DNA of 64,000 bases from Candidatus Acidiferrales bacterium (GCA_035533655.1 DATLTJ010000093.1:1988-65987); one strand, 5' to 3'; counted from the first letter of the stretch, positions 9,552-18,636 are shown. Numbers and translations: made by a program. The notes: a model not told the origin generated them from the letters alone.

Positions 9552-10499
9552 TCAACGTCCCACCGTGTAGAGCACGAGTCCCAGGAAGGCCAGCACAAAA
9601 CTGCCTCCCAGGTATTCGGGGACGCGCAGGATGCGGATCTTGGCCAAGGCCGATTCGATGCCCACCAGCAGCACCGCGGCGCCCAACATCTTGGCGGCCA
9701 GGGTGGCGATAGCCACGAGGAAGGCGGGGAAGGCGATGGCATCGGCCAGCCCGAGCGGGAGGACCAGCACGTTGAGCCAGACGATCAGCAGGACAAAGAG
9801 CTTCATGAAGCCGCCCCACTCCATCAGAGCCTGATCGGGTCCGGAGAATTCGAAGAGGCGGGAGGACTCGATCATCGACAGTTCCTGGGGGCTGTTGGGG
9901 TTGTCGATGGGAAGGCGTCCCGCCTCCGCCAACACCACCATCAGAAACGCCGCGGCCACCAGCGCGTGGCTCGGAACGATGTGCGAGGCGCTCGTGAACA
10001 GCGCTCCGTTCACGACGAATGGGACGGTGCCTCCGGAGATGAAACCGACCGCAAAGAAGACCACGATGAAGGTCGGCTCCGCTAGCGAGGAGACGAAGCG
10101 CGAGCGGCTACCGCCCAGCCCGCCATACGGGCTGCCGCTGTCCATTGCCGCCAGATTGGTGAAGAATCCGCCGACGCCGATAACAAATCCGCTGCCCACC
10201 ATGTCCGCCATCAGCGCCCAGCTCAGCGGCATCGCTGTCAGCACCGGGATGAGCATGGCGAAGGCGATGGGGGTGGCGAACACTACATAGGGTGCGATCC
10301 GGAACAGGAACGATGCGTTGGGGGTGACCGTGCGTTCCTTGCCTAGTAGCTTCACCAGGTCGTAGTAGGGCTGCAGCGGCGAAGGACCACGGCGCGACTG
10401 AACTTTGCCTTTGAGATTTTCGATCACGCCCTTGAGCAGGGGCGCGAGCGCGACCACGGTCAGGATGGCGATGACCTGCCCGATGGCCGCCGCTAGCAC
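9552..10499 (-). CDS. NuoH/HycD/HyfC-like membrane subunit
   Basis: 315-aa first gene of the operon. NuoH/HycD-like pattern: VQSRRGPSPLQPYYDLVKLLGKE, PIDNPNSPQELSMIESSRLFEFSG. Confidence 0.85.
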   Translation of the reverse strand: MLAAAIGQVIAILTVVALAPLLKGVIENLKGKVQSRRGPSPLQPYYDLVKLLGKERTVTPNASFLFRIAPYVVFATPIAFAMLIPVLTAMPLSWALMADMVGSGFVIGVGGFFTNLAAMDSGSPYGGLGGSRSRFVSSLAEPTFIVVFFAVGFISGGTVPFVVNGALFTSASHIVPSHALVAAAFLMVVLAEAGRLPIDNPNSPQELSMIESSRLFEFSGPDQALMEWGGFMKLFVLLIVWLNVLVLPLGLADAIAFPAFLVAIATLAAKMLGAAVLLVGIESALAKIRILRVPEYLGGSFVLAFLGLVLYTVGR

Positions 10500-10797
10500 C
10501 GCTCTCTCGAAGTGCTGGCGATCGCGGGTAAAGTTCTGCTCAACGCCAGCCGGACGCTGAGGCGACGCCAGAACGGCAGCGGGGAGGACAACGCGGGGCT
10601 CCTTGCTCGACTTCTATCCAGATTGGGTAGAAGCCATCACCCGGGCAGGCCGGGTTACGCGGGCCTCATCGCGCTACGCGGACCATTTGTAGCGACCAGC
10701 GCTGCTCCGTGTCAAGCTAGGGACAGCCACTGGGGCGGTCGGGGCGGGTCCAGCTGCGGAGTTGGGGGCCAGAGCAACCGGAATTGAGGCGGGCTAG

Positions 10798-11244
10798 ATG
10801 GAAGTAAAGGAGCTGGGGCACCTGGTGCTCTATGTGCATGACATCAAGCGCTCGGCCGAGTTCTACGGCGAAGTTCTGGGCTGGAAGCGGATCTCCCCCG
10901 AGGGGCTGCCGGTGGCCGCCTTCTCCAGCGGCCGCACTCATCACGAGCTGCTGCTGATCGAGGTGGGCCCCGAGGCCCAGGAGCTGCCCCGGGGGCGGCA
11001 CGTGGGGCTCTACCACTTCGGACTCAAGGTGGCCGACTCCGACGAGGAGCTGAAAGTCGTGCTGGACCACATTCGGGAGCACGGCGTGACGCTGGTGGGA
11101 ACCGCCGACCACACGGTGACCCACAGCATCTACATCCAGGACCCTGACGGTAACGAGATCGAGCTCTACTCCGACGTGGCCGAGGCCGACTGGCGGAGCG
11201 ACCCCGACCTCCTGCTTTCCCCAATCCGACCTCTGACGCTGTAA
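10798..11244 (+). CDS. VOC (glyoxalase/bleomycin resistance/extradiol dioxygenase) family protein
   Basis: 148 aa with an ATG start. Motifs: LGHLVLYVHDIKRSAEFYGEVLGW, HHELLLIE, GLYHFGLKV, SIYIQDPDGNEIELY. Confidence 0.85.
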   Translation: MEVKELGHLVLYVHDIKRSAEFYGEVLGWKRISPEGLPVAAFSSGRTHHELLLIEVGPEAQELPRGRHVGLYHFGLKVADSDEELKVVLDHIREHGVTLVGTADHTVTHSIYIQDPDGNEIELYSDVAEADWRSDPDLLLSPIRPLTL

Positions 11245-11844
11245 GGCGGCAGGGACGACGGCTCGAGCCGCTGGCGGTGAAGAGTGCCCAGAGATGCTTG
11301 GGACCGCTGATAAACCCCCGTGTTGGGTCAGGCAGGCTGCTGCTGACCTGACGGGCAGACCGGCGGGCGCCTCCAGCCGGCGAGCCAAGCCCTCGCCAGC
11401 TCCCCGTGCCTCGACCCCGGCCACCCCTCTCTCTGGAAGGTGAAGATCGGGACTCGACTAAACGCGCTGCGATCGCCAGGAGCGACGGGACCGGTCGGCA
11501 CGGCGGAACTCGGGGAACTTCAACTGTGGAGTCCGCATTCAGTCTTGTCACTGCCTGACCAGCGCCCCGCCCGAGGGTCCTCGCCAGACTGCACCGGGCG
11601 GGTGGTGGGCGCCCACGTAAGATCGCCGCGGTGCTCGACCGGATCCGGTCAACCGAACGCGGGGGAGTCCACTTGCCAAGTGCTGCCCGTAGCGACGGCG
11701 GGGACGTTCCCGACGCGTGCACTCGCCGGGAGCAACGGTGACAATTCTGGCAGAACCCACTTCCGAGCAACTTATTTGTTGCGAGTGAATTCGCCTACGT
11801 GCCGAACATTTAGCAGCTAACGGTGCCATTCTTAGGAGGGTCTC

Positions 11845-12288
11845 ATGAGCTTCGTCCACAAGCCGCATCCCCACACCACCGCCGTCCTGGGGGGCAAGAC
11901 CAGCGGCCCAGTCAAGGTCAAGGACCAGTTAGATCGCAGCACTGCGGTCAATCGCGTCAACTCTTGGTTGGCGGTGAAGATCACTCAGGGCGTCGGATCG
12001 ATGTGGTGTGCTTACGTCTTCGCCATCATCGCCTTGCTCGGTCTACCGGATGCGCTCAAGCCCGGGGGTGAGGGAATCATTGCCTGGATTGCGCAGACAT
12101 TCCTCCAGTTGGTTCTCCTGAGCATCATCATCGTCGGCACCAACATCCAGAGTGCGGCAGCTGACAAGCGCGCAGAGAACACCTACGCAGATGCGGAGGC
12201 GGTGTTGCACGAGGCGATGCAGATCCAGGCCCACCTCGTCGCCCAGGATGAGGCGCTCAGCGCGCTCATTGCCGCCAGCAAAACCTGA
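11845..12288 (+). CDS. small two-TM membrane protein (DUF1003 / low-affinity iron permease-like)
   Basis: The ATG is preceded by AGGAGGG. The protein has two hydrophobic helices followed by a charged helical tail (NIQSAAADKRAENTYADAEAVLHEAMQIQAHL). The family assignment is tentative. Confidence 0.6.
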   Translation: MSFVHKPHPHTTAVLGGKTSGPVKVKDQLDRSTAVNRVNSWLAVKITQGVGSMWCAYVFAIIALLGLPDALKPGGEGIIAWIAQTFLQLVLLSIIIVGTNIQSAAADKRAENTYADAEAVLHEAMQIQAHLVAQDEALSALIAASKT

Positions 12289-12375
12289 CGGCAGGCAACT
12301 GCCCGAGCCCACTTAGACTTGTCTCAGAGCGCCGGTCCTGACTGGCGAACACCGCAGAGCGTGGAGGGATGTGCC

Positions 12376-13125
12376 GTGTCCAGTCGGTCGGTTTTGGTCA
12401 CGGGCGCGTCCCGTGGCATCGGGCGGGCGACCGCCCAAGCCTTCGCGGCGGTGGGCGACCGGGTCGCGGTTAATCACCGGGACTCTGCGGCGGACGCCGA
12501 GGAGGTGGTGCGCTCTCTGCCTGGCACCGGACACTTGGCGATTCAGGCGGATCTGGCGGACCCTGACGCGGCCAAGCACCTGGTGCACGCCACCGTGGCC
12601 GCCCTGGGCGGTCTCGACGTTTTGGTCAACAACGCCGGGGTCAGCGTCCTCCACGACATCACCAGCGACGACTTCGAGGCTTGGCGCGATGCCTGGGACC
12701 GGACCCTGGCCGTCAACCTCAGTGGGCCCGCCTTCGTCACCTATTGGACGGTCCAACAGATGCTTGGGCGCGGCGGCCGGATCATCAACATCAGCTCCCG
12801 GGGCGCCTTCCGCGGAGAGCCGGATCAGCCGGCCTACGGCGCGAGCAAGGCCGGACTCAACGCCTTCGGGCAATCGTTGGCGCGGGCCCTGGGAGCCCAC
12901 GGGATCGCGGTCATGACCATCGCCCCCGGCTGGGTCGCGACCGAGATGTCCCATGAGGAGCTGAAGCGGCCGCAGGGCGCGGAGATCCTGAGCCAGAGCC
13001 CGTTCGGCCGCCTGGCCCGTCCGGAGGAGGTGGCCGCCGCGGCGGTCTTCTTCGCCTCGCCCGAGGCCGAGTTCACGAGCGGAGCGGTGCTGGACCTCAA
13101 CGGCGCCTCCTATCTGCGCACCTGA
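12376..13125 (+). CDS. SDR family oxidoreductase (FabG-like)
   Basis: Motifs: VLVTGASRGIGRA, NNAG, and the catalytic YGASKAGL. The start was re-picked to GTG 12376, which has GGAGGG 7 nt upstream. The ORF track begins at TTG 12319. Confidence 0.85.
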   Translation: MSSRSVLVTGASRGIGRATAQAFAAVGDRVAVNHRDSAADAEEVVRSLPGTGHLAIQADLADPDAAKHLVHATVAALGGLDVLVNNAGVSVLHDITSDDFEAWRDAWDRTLAVNLSGPAFVTYWTVQQMLGRGGRIINISSRGAFRGEPDQPAYGASKAGLNAFGQSLARALGAHGIAVMTIAPGWVATEMSHEELKRPQGAEILSQSPFGRLARPEEVAAAAVFFASPEAEFTSGAVLDLNGASYLRT

Positions 13126-13453
13126 TCTGATCCCGCAGCGCAGCGCCGCTACCGCCGGGAACGCGACGCGCTTCGACTAACGCCGGCACGGATGATCACA
13201 AAAGGGGGCAAGGAACCTGGAGGCCGGTCGGCTGGGCCGGCAGACGCTCGTGAATGATGCCGCCAGGCGCTGGACCGACGACCCCAGCGACCAGGGCGCG
13301 CTGGCGGGAGCCGCAGATTCGAGGTGGCGGAGAATCCTCGCTGCCGCAGCCATCCTGGGCTCGCCCTCAGCTGGGCGACTCGGGTACCCACCCATCACCT
13401 GAGGGGCACCTTCGAGTACGACAGGGGGTCTGCCCGGGCCGCAGAAGCAGCGG

Positions 13454-14437
13454 TCAGCCGGCGGCGATCAGCGGCGGAAAGGCCCCGAAAAGGCGCAGCT
13501 CGGCCGTGACCGCGGTCAGGGCCGCCAGCAGCGCCGGCAGCTGCTTCGCGTCAGCCAGCTCGGCGTCCACGTAGAAGCGGTAGTTGAAGGGCTGCTCGGG
13601 GATCGGTCGAGAGTCGAGTCGGGTCAGGTTGACCTCCTTGCCGGCGAACACCTCGAGCACCTGGGCCAAGCCGCCCGGGCGGTGCTCGGCCACCAACCCA
13701 AGGGCCAGCTTCAGGGCCCCGGTTGCCGGCGCCCGCTGAGGACCCCGACGCACCACCAGAAAGCGGGTGCGGTTGCTGGGCTGATCGGCAATGTCGGACG
13801 CCACGATCCGCAACCGGTAACGCGCGGCGGCGGCTCGGCTGGCGATGGCGCCATCACCTTCTCCGCCACGCTCGGCGACCTCCCGGGCGGCGCCCGCGGT
13901 GTCGTGGACCGGGACCGGGGTGATCTGGCGCTCCGCCAGCCAAACGGCGCACTGGGCGAGCGCCTGGGGATGGGAGAGAGCGCGCCGGACCGGCTCATCT
14001 CCTCGACTCAGCAGGTGATGCTGAATGGGGCTGACGTGCTCCTGCACGACTGTCAGTCGCGGGTGCGCCCAGAGCAGATCCGAGACCTCCTGGACCACTC
14101 CCGCGACGCTGTTCTCGACCGGCAGCACGGCGGCCTGGGCAGCGCCCTCCTCGACTTCGTCGAAGGCGGCGCCGAAGGTCGGGAGCCCCACGGTCCCGGC
14201 CTCCGGAAAAAGTCGCTGGGCGGCCTCATCGGAGTAGGCTCCTGGCTCTCCTTGGTAGGCGATCGGAAGTTCCTTGTCGGCATCGGGACGGCGGTCGCTC
14301 AGGACCGTTCCGCCGTCTCTCCCACCGCCACCACGGCGCCTCGGGCCGCCGTCCCAACCAGGTGGGCATAGCGGGCGAAGGCACTGGTCCCGGTCAGCGC
14401 CGGACGAGGCACCCACGCTTCCGCCCGACGGGCCCAC
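13454..14437 (-). CDS. pheA: prephenate dehydratase
   Basis: PDT domain ([37 protein letters not shown]) plus a C-terminal ACT domain ([27 protein letters not shown]). The start is uncertain. The only GTG candidates (14437, 14416) lie inside the ilvD 3' end. A CTG at 14302 overlapping the ilvD stop is an alternative. Confidence 0.85.
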   Translation of the reverse strand: MGPSGGSVGASSGADRDQCLRPLCPPGWDGGPRRRGGGGRDGGTVLSDRRPDADKELPIAYQGEPGAYSDEAAQRLFPEAGTVGLPTFGAAFDEVEEGAAQAAVLPVENSVAGVVQEVSDLLWAHPRLTVVQEHVSPIQHHLLSRGDEPVRRALSHPQALAQCAVWLAERQITPVPVHDTAGAAREVAERGGEGDGAIASRAAAARYRLRIVASDIADQPSNRTRFLVVRRGPQRAPATGALKLALGLVAEHRPGGLAQVLEVFAGKEVNLTRLDSRPIPEQPFNYRFYVDAELADAKQLPALLAALTAVTAELRLFGAFPPLIAAG

Positions 14438-16017
14438 TCGTCAGCCGGGACCGAGGTGGAGATGGATCGGCCGGCGACATCGACGGTCACCTCATCCCCC
14501 TCGGCGATCAGAGCAATGGGCCCGCCAACGGCGGCCTCCGGGGCCACGTGACCGACCATCAAACCGTGGGTCGCTCCGCTGAAGCGGCCATCGGTCATGA
14601 GGGCCACCGAATCGCCCAGCCCCTGGCCCACCAAGGCCGCCGTCACCCCCAGCATCTCCCGCATCCCCGGGCCGCCCCGCGGCCCCTCGTAGCGCACGAC
14701 CACCACATCGCCGGCCCTGATCTGCTGCGCCTTGACCGCGGCCATGGCCTCTTCCTCCGAATCGAAGACGCGGGCCGGACCGGTGTGATGCCGCCGCTCA
14801 TGGCCGGCCACCTTGACCACGCCGCCCTCCGGGGCCAGCGGACCGTGCAGGATCACCATCCCCCCGGTCTCGCTGAGTGGCCGCTCCACGCTCCTGACCA
14901 CGTCCTGCTCGGGTGGCTCGGGGAAGGCGGACTCAGCGACGCTGGCCGCCGCGGCCAGCGTCTCACCGGTGCAGGTCCCGGCGCTCCCTTGGAGGAGATC
15001 CCGCTGCAGAAGTCGGCGGGCCACCAGGGCCACCCCCCCGGCCTTGGTCAGGTCGACGGCGTTGTAGCGGCCGCCCGGCCGCAGGTCGGCAATCCAGGGG
15101 GTGCGCTGGCTGATCACGTCGAAGTCGTCGATCATCAGCGGGACGTTGGCGTCCCGAGCGATCGCCATCAGGTGGAGCACCGCATTGGTCGAGCCGCCGG
15201 TGGCCATGACCCCCGCCACCGCATTGTGGAAGGAGGCTGGGCTCAGATACGAGCTGGGACGGCGACCTTGGCGCACCATCTCGACCACTAGGCCGCCCAC
15301 CTCCTGGGCGACCGCCGACTTGGCGGGATCGGTAGCCGCCACCCCGCCGGTCTGCAGGGGGGCGATCCCCAGCAGCTCGATGGCCATCGCCATGGTGTTG
15401 GCGGTGAACTGACCGCCGCAGGCTCCGGCGCCCGGGCAGGCCACGTCCTCCAGCTCTTTGAGCTCTTGGTCGGTCATCCGGCCAGCCTCGACGCTGCCGA
15501 TCGCTTCGAAGACGTCAATGATCGTGACGTCACGTCCCCGGAATCGGCCGGGCTGGATGGCCCCGCCGTAGAGCAGGCAGCCAGGGAGGTCGAGGCGGGC
15601 TAGGGCCATGGCGGCCCCGGGAATAGTCTTGTCGCAGGCCACCAGCGCCACCACTCCGTCCAGGAGATGGCCGCGGCAGACCAGCTCGATCGAGTCGGCG
15701 ATCAACTCCCGGCTGATCAGAGATGCCTTCATGCCCTGGGTCCCCATGGAGACGCCGTCGCTGATGGCGATGGTGTTGAACTCCAAAGGGGTGGCACCGG
15801 CCACCCGGATCCCCCGCTTGACATGCTCCGCCAGCGCGCGCAGTCCCAGATTGCACGGCATGGTCTCGATCCAGGTGTTGGCGATTCCGATCAAGGGCCG
15901 CGAGAGGTCGGCGTCGGTCAGTCCGGTGCCCTTCAGCATGGCGCGGGCGGCGGCCCGCTCGCGCCCGACGACCAGCCCCCGGCTCGGCAGGTTCAGGTTG
16001 GGGGTGGCGCTCTCCAT
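14299..16017 (-). CDS. ilvD: dihydroxy-acid dehydratase
   Basis: 572 aa with an ATG start and an AGGGAGA RBS. IlvD/Edd signatures: [48 protein letters not shown]. Confidence 0.95.
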   Translation of the reverse strand: MESATPNLNLPSRGLVVGRERAAARAMLKGTGLTDADLSRPLIGIANTWIETMPCNLGLRALAEHVKRGIRVAGATPLEFNTIAISDGVSMGTQGMKASLISRELIADSIELVCRGHLLDGVVALVACDKTIPGAAMALARLDLPGCLLYGGAIQPGRFRGRDVTIIDVFEAIGSVEAGRMTDQELKELEDVACPGAGACGGQFTANTMAMAIELLGIAPLQTGGVAATDPAKSAVAQEVGGLVVEMVRQGRRPSSYLSPASFHNAVAGVMATGGSTNAVLHLMAIARDANVPLMIDDFDVISQRTPWIADLRPGGRYNAVDLTKAGGVALVARRLLQRDLLQGSAGTCTGETLAAAASVAESAFPEPPEQDVVRSVERPLSETGGMVILHGPLAPEGGVVKVAGHERRHHTGPARVFDSEEEAMAAVKAQQIRAGDVVVVRYEGPRGGPGMREMLGVTAALVGQGLGDSVALMTDGRFSGATHGLMVGHVAPEAAVGGPIALIAEGDEVTVDVAGRSISTSVPADEWARRAEAWVPRPALTGTSAFARYAHLVGTAARGAVVAVGETAERS

Positions 16018-16436
16018 AAGTCTTGATCTCCCTGCGCTAATCGCCGATCCAGGCCCTTCGCTCTCCGTAGCGGCCAGCGCCGGGCAACTTGGTCAGCTAC
16101 GTCCGGCCGGTCGGACCAGCCCCATCCGGTCGGTGCTGACCTCTCCCCGAAGACGGGTTCGGGTCTTCGCCAGCCGGGAGGTCGCTCCCGAAGGAGTCCA
16201 CTGCGAGGGAGAATGGCAGGGGACGGGAGAGCGTGTCAAGCGCGGTGCCGCGGGCCATCCGTCACACGAAATTTTACGCAGGCGTTCGCTGAGCGCTGCC
16301 CGAAGAGTGGCGTCGACCACGCGCTACCCACATCCAGTGCGCACTCGCGACCCGGGCGGAAACCTGAGCCGGGCCCAGGTCGGCTTCCGCCGGCGCAGAG
16401 CACGGACTCCACTCGGACCCGCAACCGTTCCGTAAC

Positions 16437-16465
16437 TTGACAGCTCGGGGGGCGGCCCGGATAAT
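16437..16465 (+). promoter_or_regulatory. candidate sigma-70-type promoter of the ilv leader/operon
   Basis: TTGACA (16437-16442), a 17-nt spacer, then GATAAT (16460-16465). This is the only near-consensus pair in the ilvD/ilvB divergent region, and it lies just upstream of the leader ORF. Confidence 0.45.
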
Positions 16466-16474
16466 GGCGGTACT

Positions 16475-16582
16475 TTGCCGAACGTGCAGCGCGTCCAGTC
16501 GATCGCCGAGGACTTGGTAGTCCTAGTACTCCTAATTACCGGAGGGCCGATCAGCTAGCGTCTGCGCGACCTGGCGAGATCA
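16475..16582 (+). promoter_or_regulatory. ilv leader peptide ORF plus antiterminator segment (transcription attenuator)
   Basis: A short ORF (TTG 16475 or GTG 16484 to TAG 16556-16558) encodes ..SIAEDLVVLVLLITGGPIS. The eight consecutive Leu/Val/Ile codons are mostly A/T-ending (gta, cta, att), which is atypical for this GC-rich sequence. CCGGAGGGCCG (16539-16549) can pair 10 of 11 with the 5' arm of the downstream terminator. Confidence 0.65.
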
Positions 16583-16619
16583 CCGGCCCCCCGGAAACCC
16601 CGGGGGGCCGGTTTTTTTT
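16583..16619 (+). terminator. intrinsic terminator of the ilv attenuator
   Basis: A 12-bp all-G/C stem, CCGGCCCCCCGG / CCGGGGGGCCGG, with a 5-nt loop, followed directly by eight T residues. Confidence 0.85.
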
Positions 16620-16694
16620 ACCCGGAGCGCAGTCAAGGCCCCGACTTCGTCCCCCACTGCTTCGATTTATCGGCCATCCCCAAGGAGAAAACCC

Positions 16695-16886
16695 GTGACC
16701 ACCGAATCGCCAGCAACCGACACCCTCGGAAGCTCCGAGCCGTTTCCGGACGACATCGAACTCGACGAGGCCGGTCGCAATTGGGTGGGCCGCCAGAGCG
16801 CCGCGGACCCCCAGCGACCGCTGCGCCGCCTGGCCGCCGACGCGGCAGTGATGGCGGCCATCGGCGATGCCTACGGATCGGACTGA
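16695..16886 (+). CDS. hypothetical small acidic protein (63 aa) between attenuator and ilvB
   Basis: GTG start with AAGGAG 7 nt upstream. Third-codon positions are G/C-biased like neighbouring genes. The stop lies 13 nt before the ilvB start. No family was recognised. Confidence 0.55.
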   Translation: MTTESPATDTLGSSEPFPDDIELDEAGRNWVGRQSAADPQRPLRRLAADAAVMAAIGDAYGSD

Positions 16887-16899
16887 GCGAAGTTAGCCC

Positions 16900-18636
16900 G
16901 TGACCATCACCGCCACTGTCGAACGCGCGACCCGGCCGATACCGACAGCCGGCCTCACCGCGGGGACGACCGGTGCCGAGTTGCTGCTGGCCGCCTTGAT
17001 CAAGGAGGGCGTGGACACGGTCTTCGGGATTCCCGGCGGCGCCAACCTGCCGATCTACCAGCACCTGCCCGACTTCCCTCTCCGGCACGTCCTGGTCCGG
17101 CATGAGCAAGGTGCGGCCCACATGGCCGATGGCTACGCCCGCGCCAGCGGCAAGGTGGGGGTGTGCGTGGCCACCTCCGGCCCCGGCGCCCTCAATCTGA
17201 TCACCGGGCTGGCCACCGCCCACTTCGACTCGGTGCCAGTGGTGGCGATCACCGGTCAGGTGGCGGCGGCCAGTATTGGTACCGACGCCTTTCAGGAGTC
17301 GGACGTGATCGGCTCCAGCCTCTCGGTGACGAAGCACAGCTACCAGGTCCTCGACGCCACGGACATCCCCGGAGTGGTCGCCGAGGCCTTCCACATCGCC
17401 CGCACCGGACGGCCTGGGGCGGTCCTCATCGACATCCCCAAGGACGTCCAGCAGCAGCGGATCGAGGTGGTCGCAGAGCCGATCCAGCGGCAGCGACCCC
17501 ACCGGGCACCTGGCCGGCCGGACCAATCCCAGCTGGCCCAGGCGGCGGACTTCCTGGCCCAGGCCGAGCGGCCGATGATCCTGGCGGGCCGGGGAGTCGC
17601 CATCTCGGGCGGCCAGGCCGCCCTGCGGGCGCTCGCCGAGGTCTGCGACGCCCCGGTGGGCACCACCCTTTTGGGAACTGGGATCTTCCCCAGCAGCCAT
17701 CCCCTGGCGCTGGGGTTGGTCGGCTTCATGGGCACCGGCTATTGCAACCGGGCGGTGACCAACTGCGACGTCCTGTTGATGGTGGGCATGCGGGCTGACG
17801 ACCGGGTCACCTGCCGGCTGGACGAGTTCGCACCCCGGGCGACTCACATCGTTCACATCAACATCGACCCGGCCGAGCTGGGCAAGACGGTCAAAGCAGA
17901 CTGCCAGATCGTCGGTGATGCGAAGGCCGCCCTGGAGGCGCTGACGGATCAGCTGGCCTTCCAGCCGCGGCCCGCCTGGCGCGCCCAGGTGGAGGCCTGG
18001 CGGGTCCAGCACCCCCTGCGTCATCCAGACAATGGGCTGCTCCAACCCCAGGAGGTGCTGGCCGCCTGCTACGCCCGGCTGGGGCCGGACGACATCACCG
18101 TCGCCGATGTGGGGCTGAACCAGATCTGGGCAGCGGTGGCCTGGACCGGAGATCGCCCGGGTCACTTCCTCAACTCCGGCGGGCAGGGGACCATGGGCTT
18201 CGCCCTCCCGGCCGCCATCGGGGCCCAGGCCGCATTTCCCGACCGCCGGGTGCTCAGCGTCAGCGGTGAGGGGGGCTTCGTGATGACCCTTCAGGAGCTG
18301 GCCACGGCGGTCGAGTCCCAGCTGCCGGTGAAGGCGATGGTCCTCAACAACCGCCAGCTGGGGATGGTTCGCCAGTTCCAGGACGACTTCTACGGTGGGG
18401 TGCGTTCCCAGGTCGACCATGTGCTCACCCCCGATTTCGTGATGCTGGCCCGGGCCTTCGGATGCTTCGGCGCGGTGGTCCGCCAGGCCAACGAGATCGG
18501 CCCGGCGCTGGACGCGGCCTTCGCCCATCCGGGGCCGGCGGTGATCGACTTCGAGATCGACCCCAACGCCAACGTGTACCCGATCGTCCCGCTCGGCAAG
18601 GGCCTCTCCGATTTCGTCGAGTGTCCGAGGTCGTAA
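16900..18636 (+). CDS. ilvB: acetolactate synthase large subunit
   Basis: 578 aa, a ThDP enzyme. Motifs: GVDTVFGIPGGANLPIY, RHEQGAAHMADGYARASGKVGVC, GGQGTMGFALPAAIGA, NNRQLGMVRQFQ. Confidence 0.95.
   Translation: MTITATVERATRPIPTAGLTAGTTGAELLLAALIKEGVDTVFGIPGGANLPIYQHLPDFPLRHVLVRHEQGAAHMADGYARASGKVGVCVATSGPGALNLITGLATAHFDSVPVVAITGQVAAASIGTDAFQESDVIGSSLSVTKHSYQVLDATDIPGVVAEAFHIARTGRPGAVLIDIPKDVQQQRIEVVAEPIQRQRPHRAPGRPDQSQLAQAADFLAQAERPMILAGRGVAISGGQAALRALAEVCDAPVGTTLLGTGIFPSSHPLALGLVGFMGTGYCNRAVTNCDVLLMVGMRADDRVTCRLDEFAPRATHIVHINIDPAELGKTVKADCQIVGDAKAALEALTDQLAFQPRPAWRAQVEAWRVQHPLRHPDNGLLQPQEVLAACYARLGPDDITVADVGLNQIWAAVAWTGDRPGHFLNSGGQGTMGFALPAAIGAQAAFPDRRVLSVSGEGGFVMTLQELATAVESQLPVKAMVLNNRQLGMVRQFQDDFYGGVRSQVDHVLTPDFVMLARAFGCFGAVVRQANEIGPALDAAFAHPGPAVIDFEIDPNANVYPIVPLGKGLSDFVECPRS

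Noticed and set aside
11425-11565. GGAAGGTGAAGATCGGGAC and GTCACTGCC, reminiscent of the cobalamin-riboswitch core and B12 box.
   Set aside because: The spacing and the conserved GCCACUG box do not fit. The surrounding helices cannot be drawn. The downstream gene has no obvious link to cobalamin.
11440-11820. A 126-aa ORF, with antisense ORFs at 11024-11770 and 11548-11874, in the noncoding stretch.
   Set aside because: They have no RBS, their composition is low complexity and Arg/Ser/Pro-rich, and no family resemblance was seen.
16633-18528. A 631-aa ORF antisense to ilvB. Similar very long antisense or off-frame ORFs occur at 23916-26309 (797 aa), 22874-24325, 21285-22385, 2907-4205, 5930-7213 and 14362-15291.
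   Set aside because: In GC-rich DNA, stop codons are rare in all frames. These translations are Arg/Gly/Pro/His-rich low complexity with no family resemblance. The opposite or alternative frame encodes unmistakable conserved enzymes.
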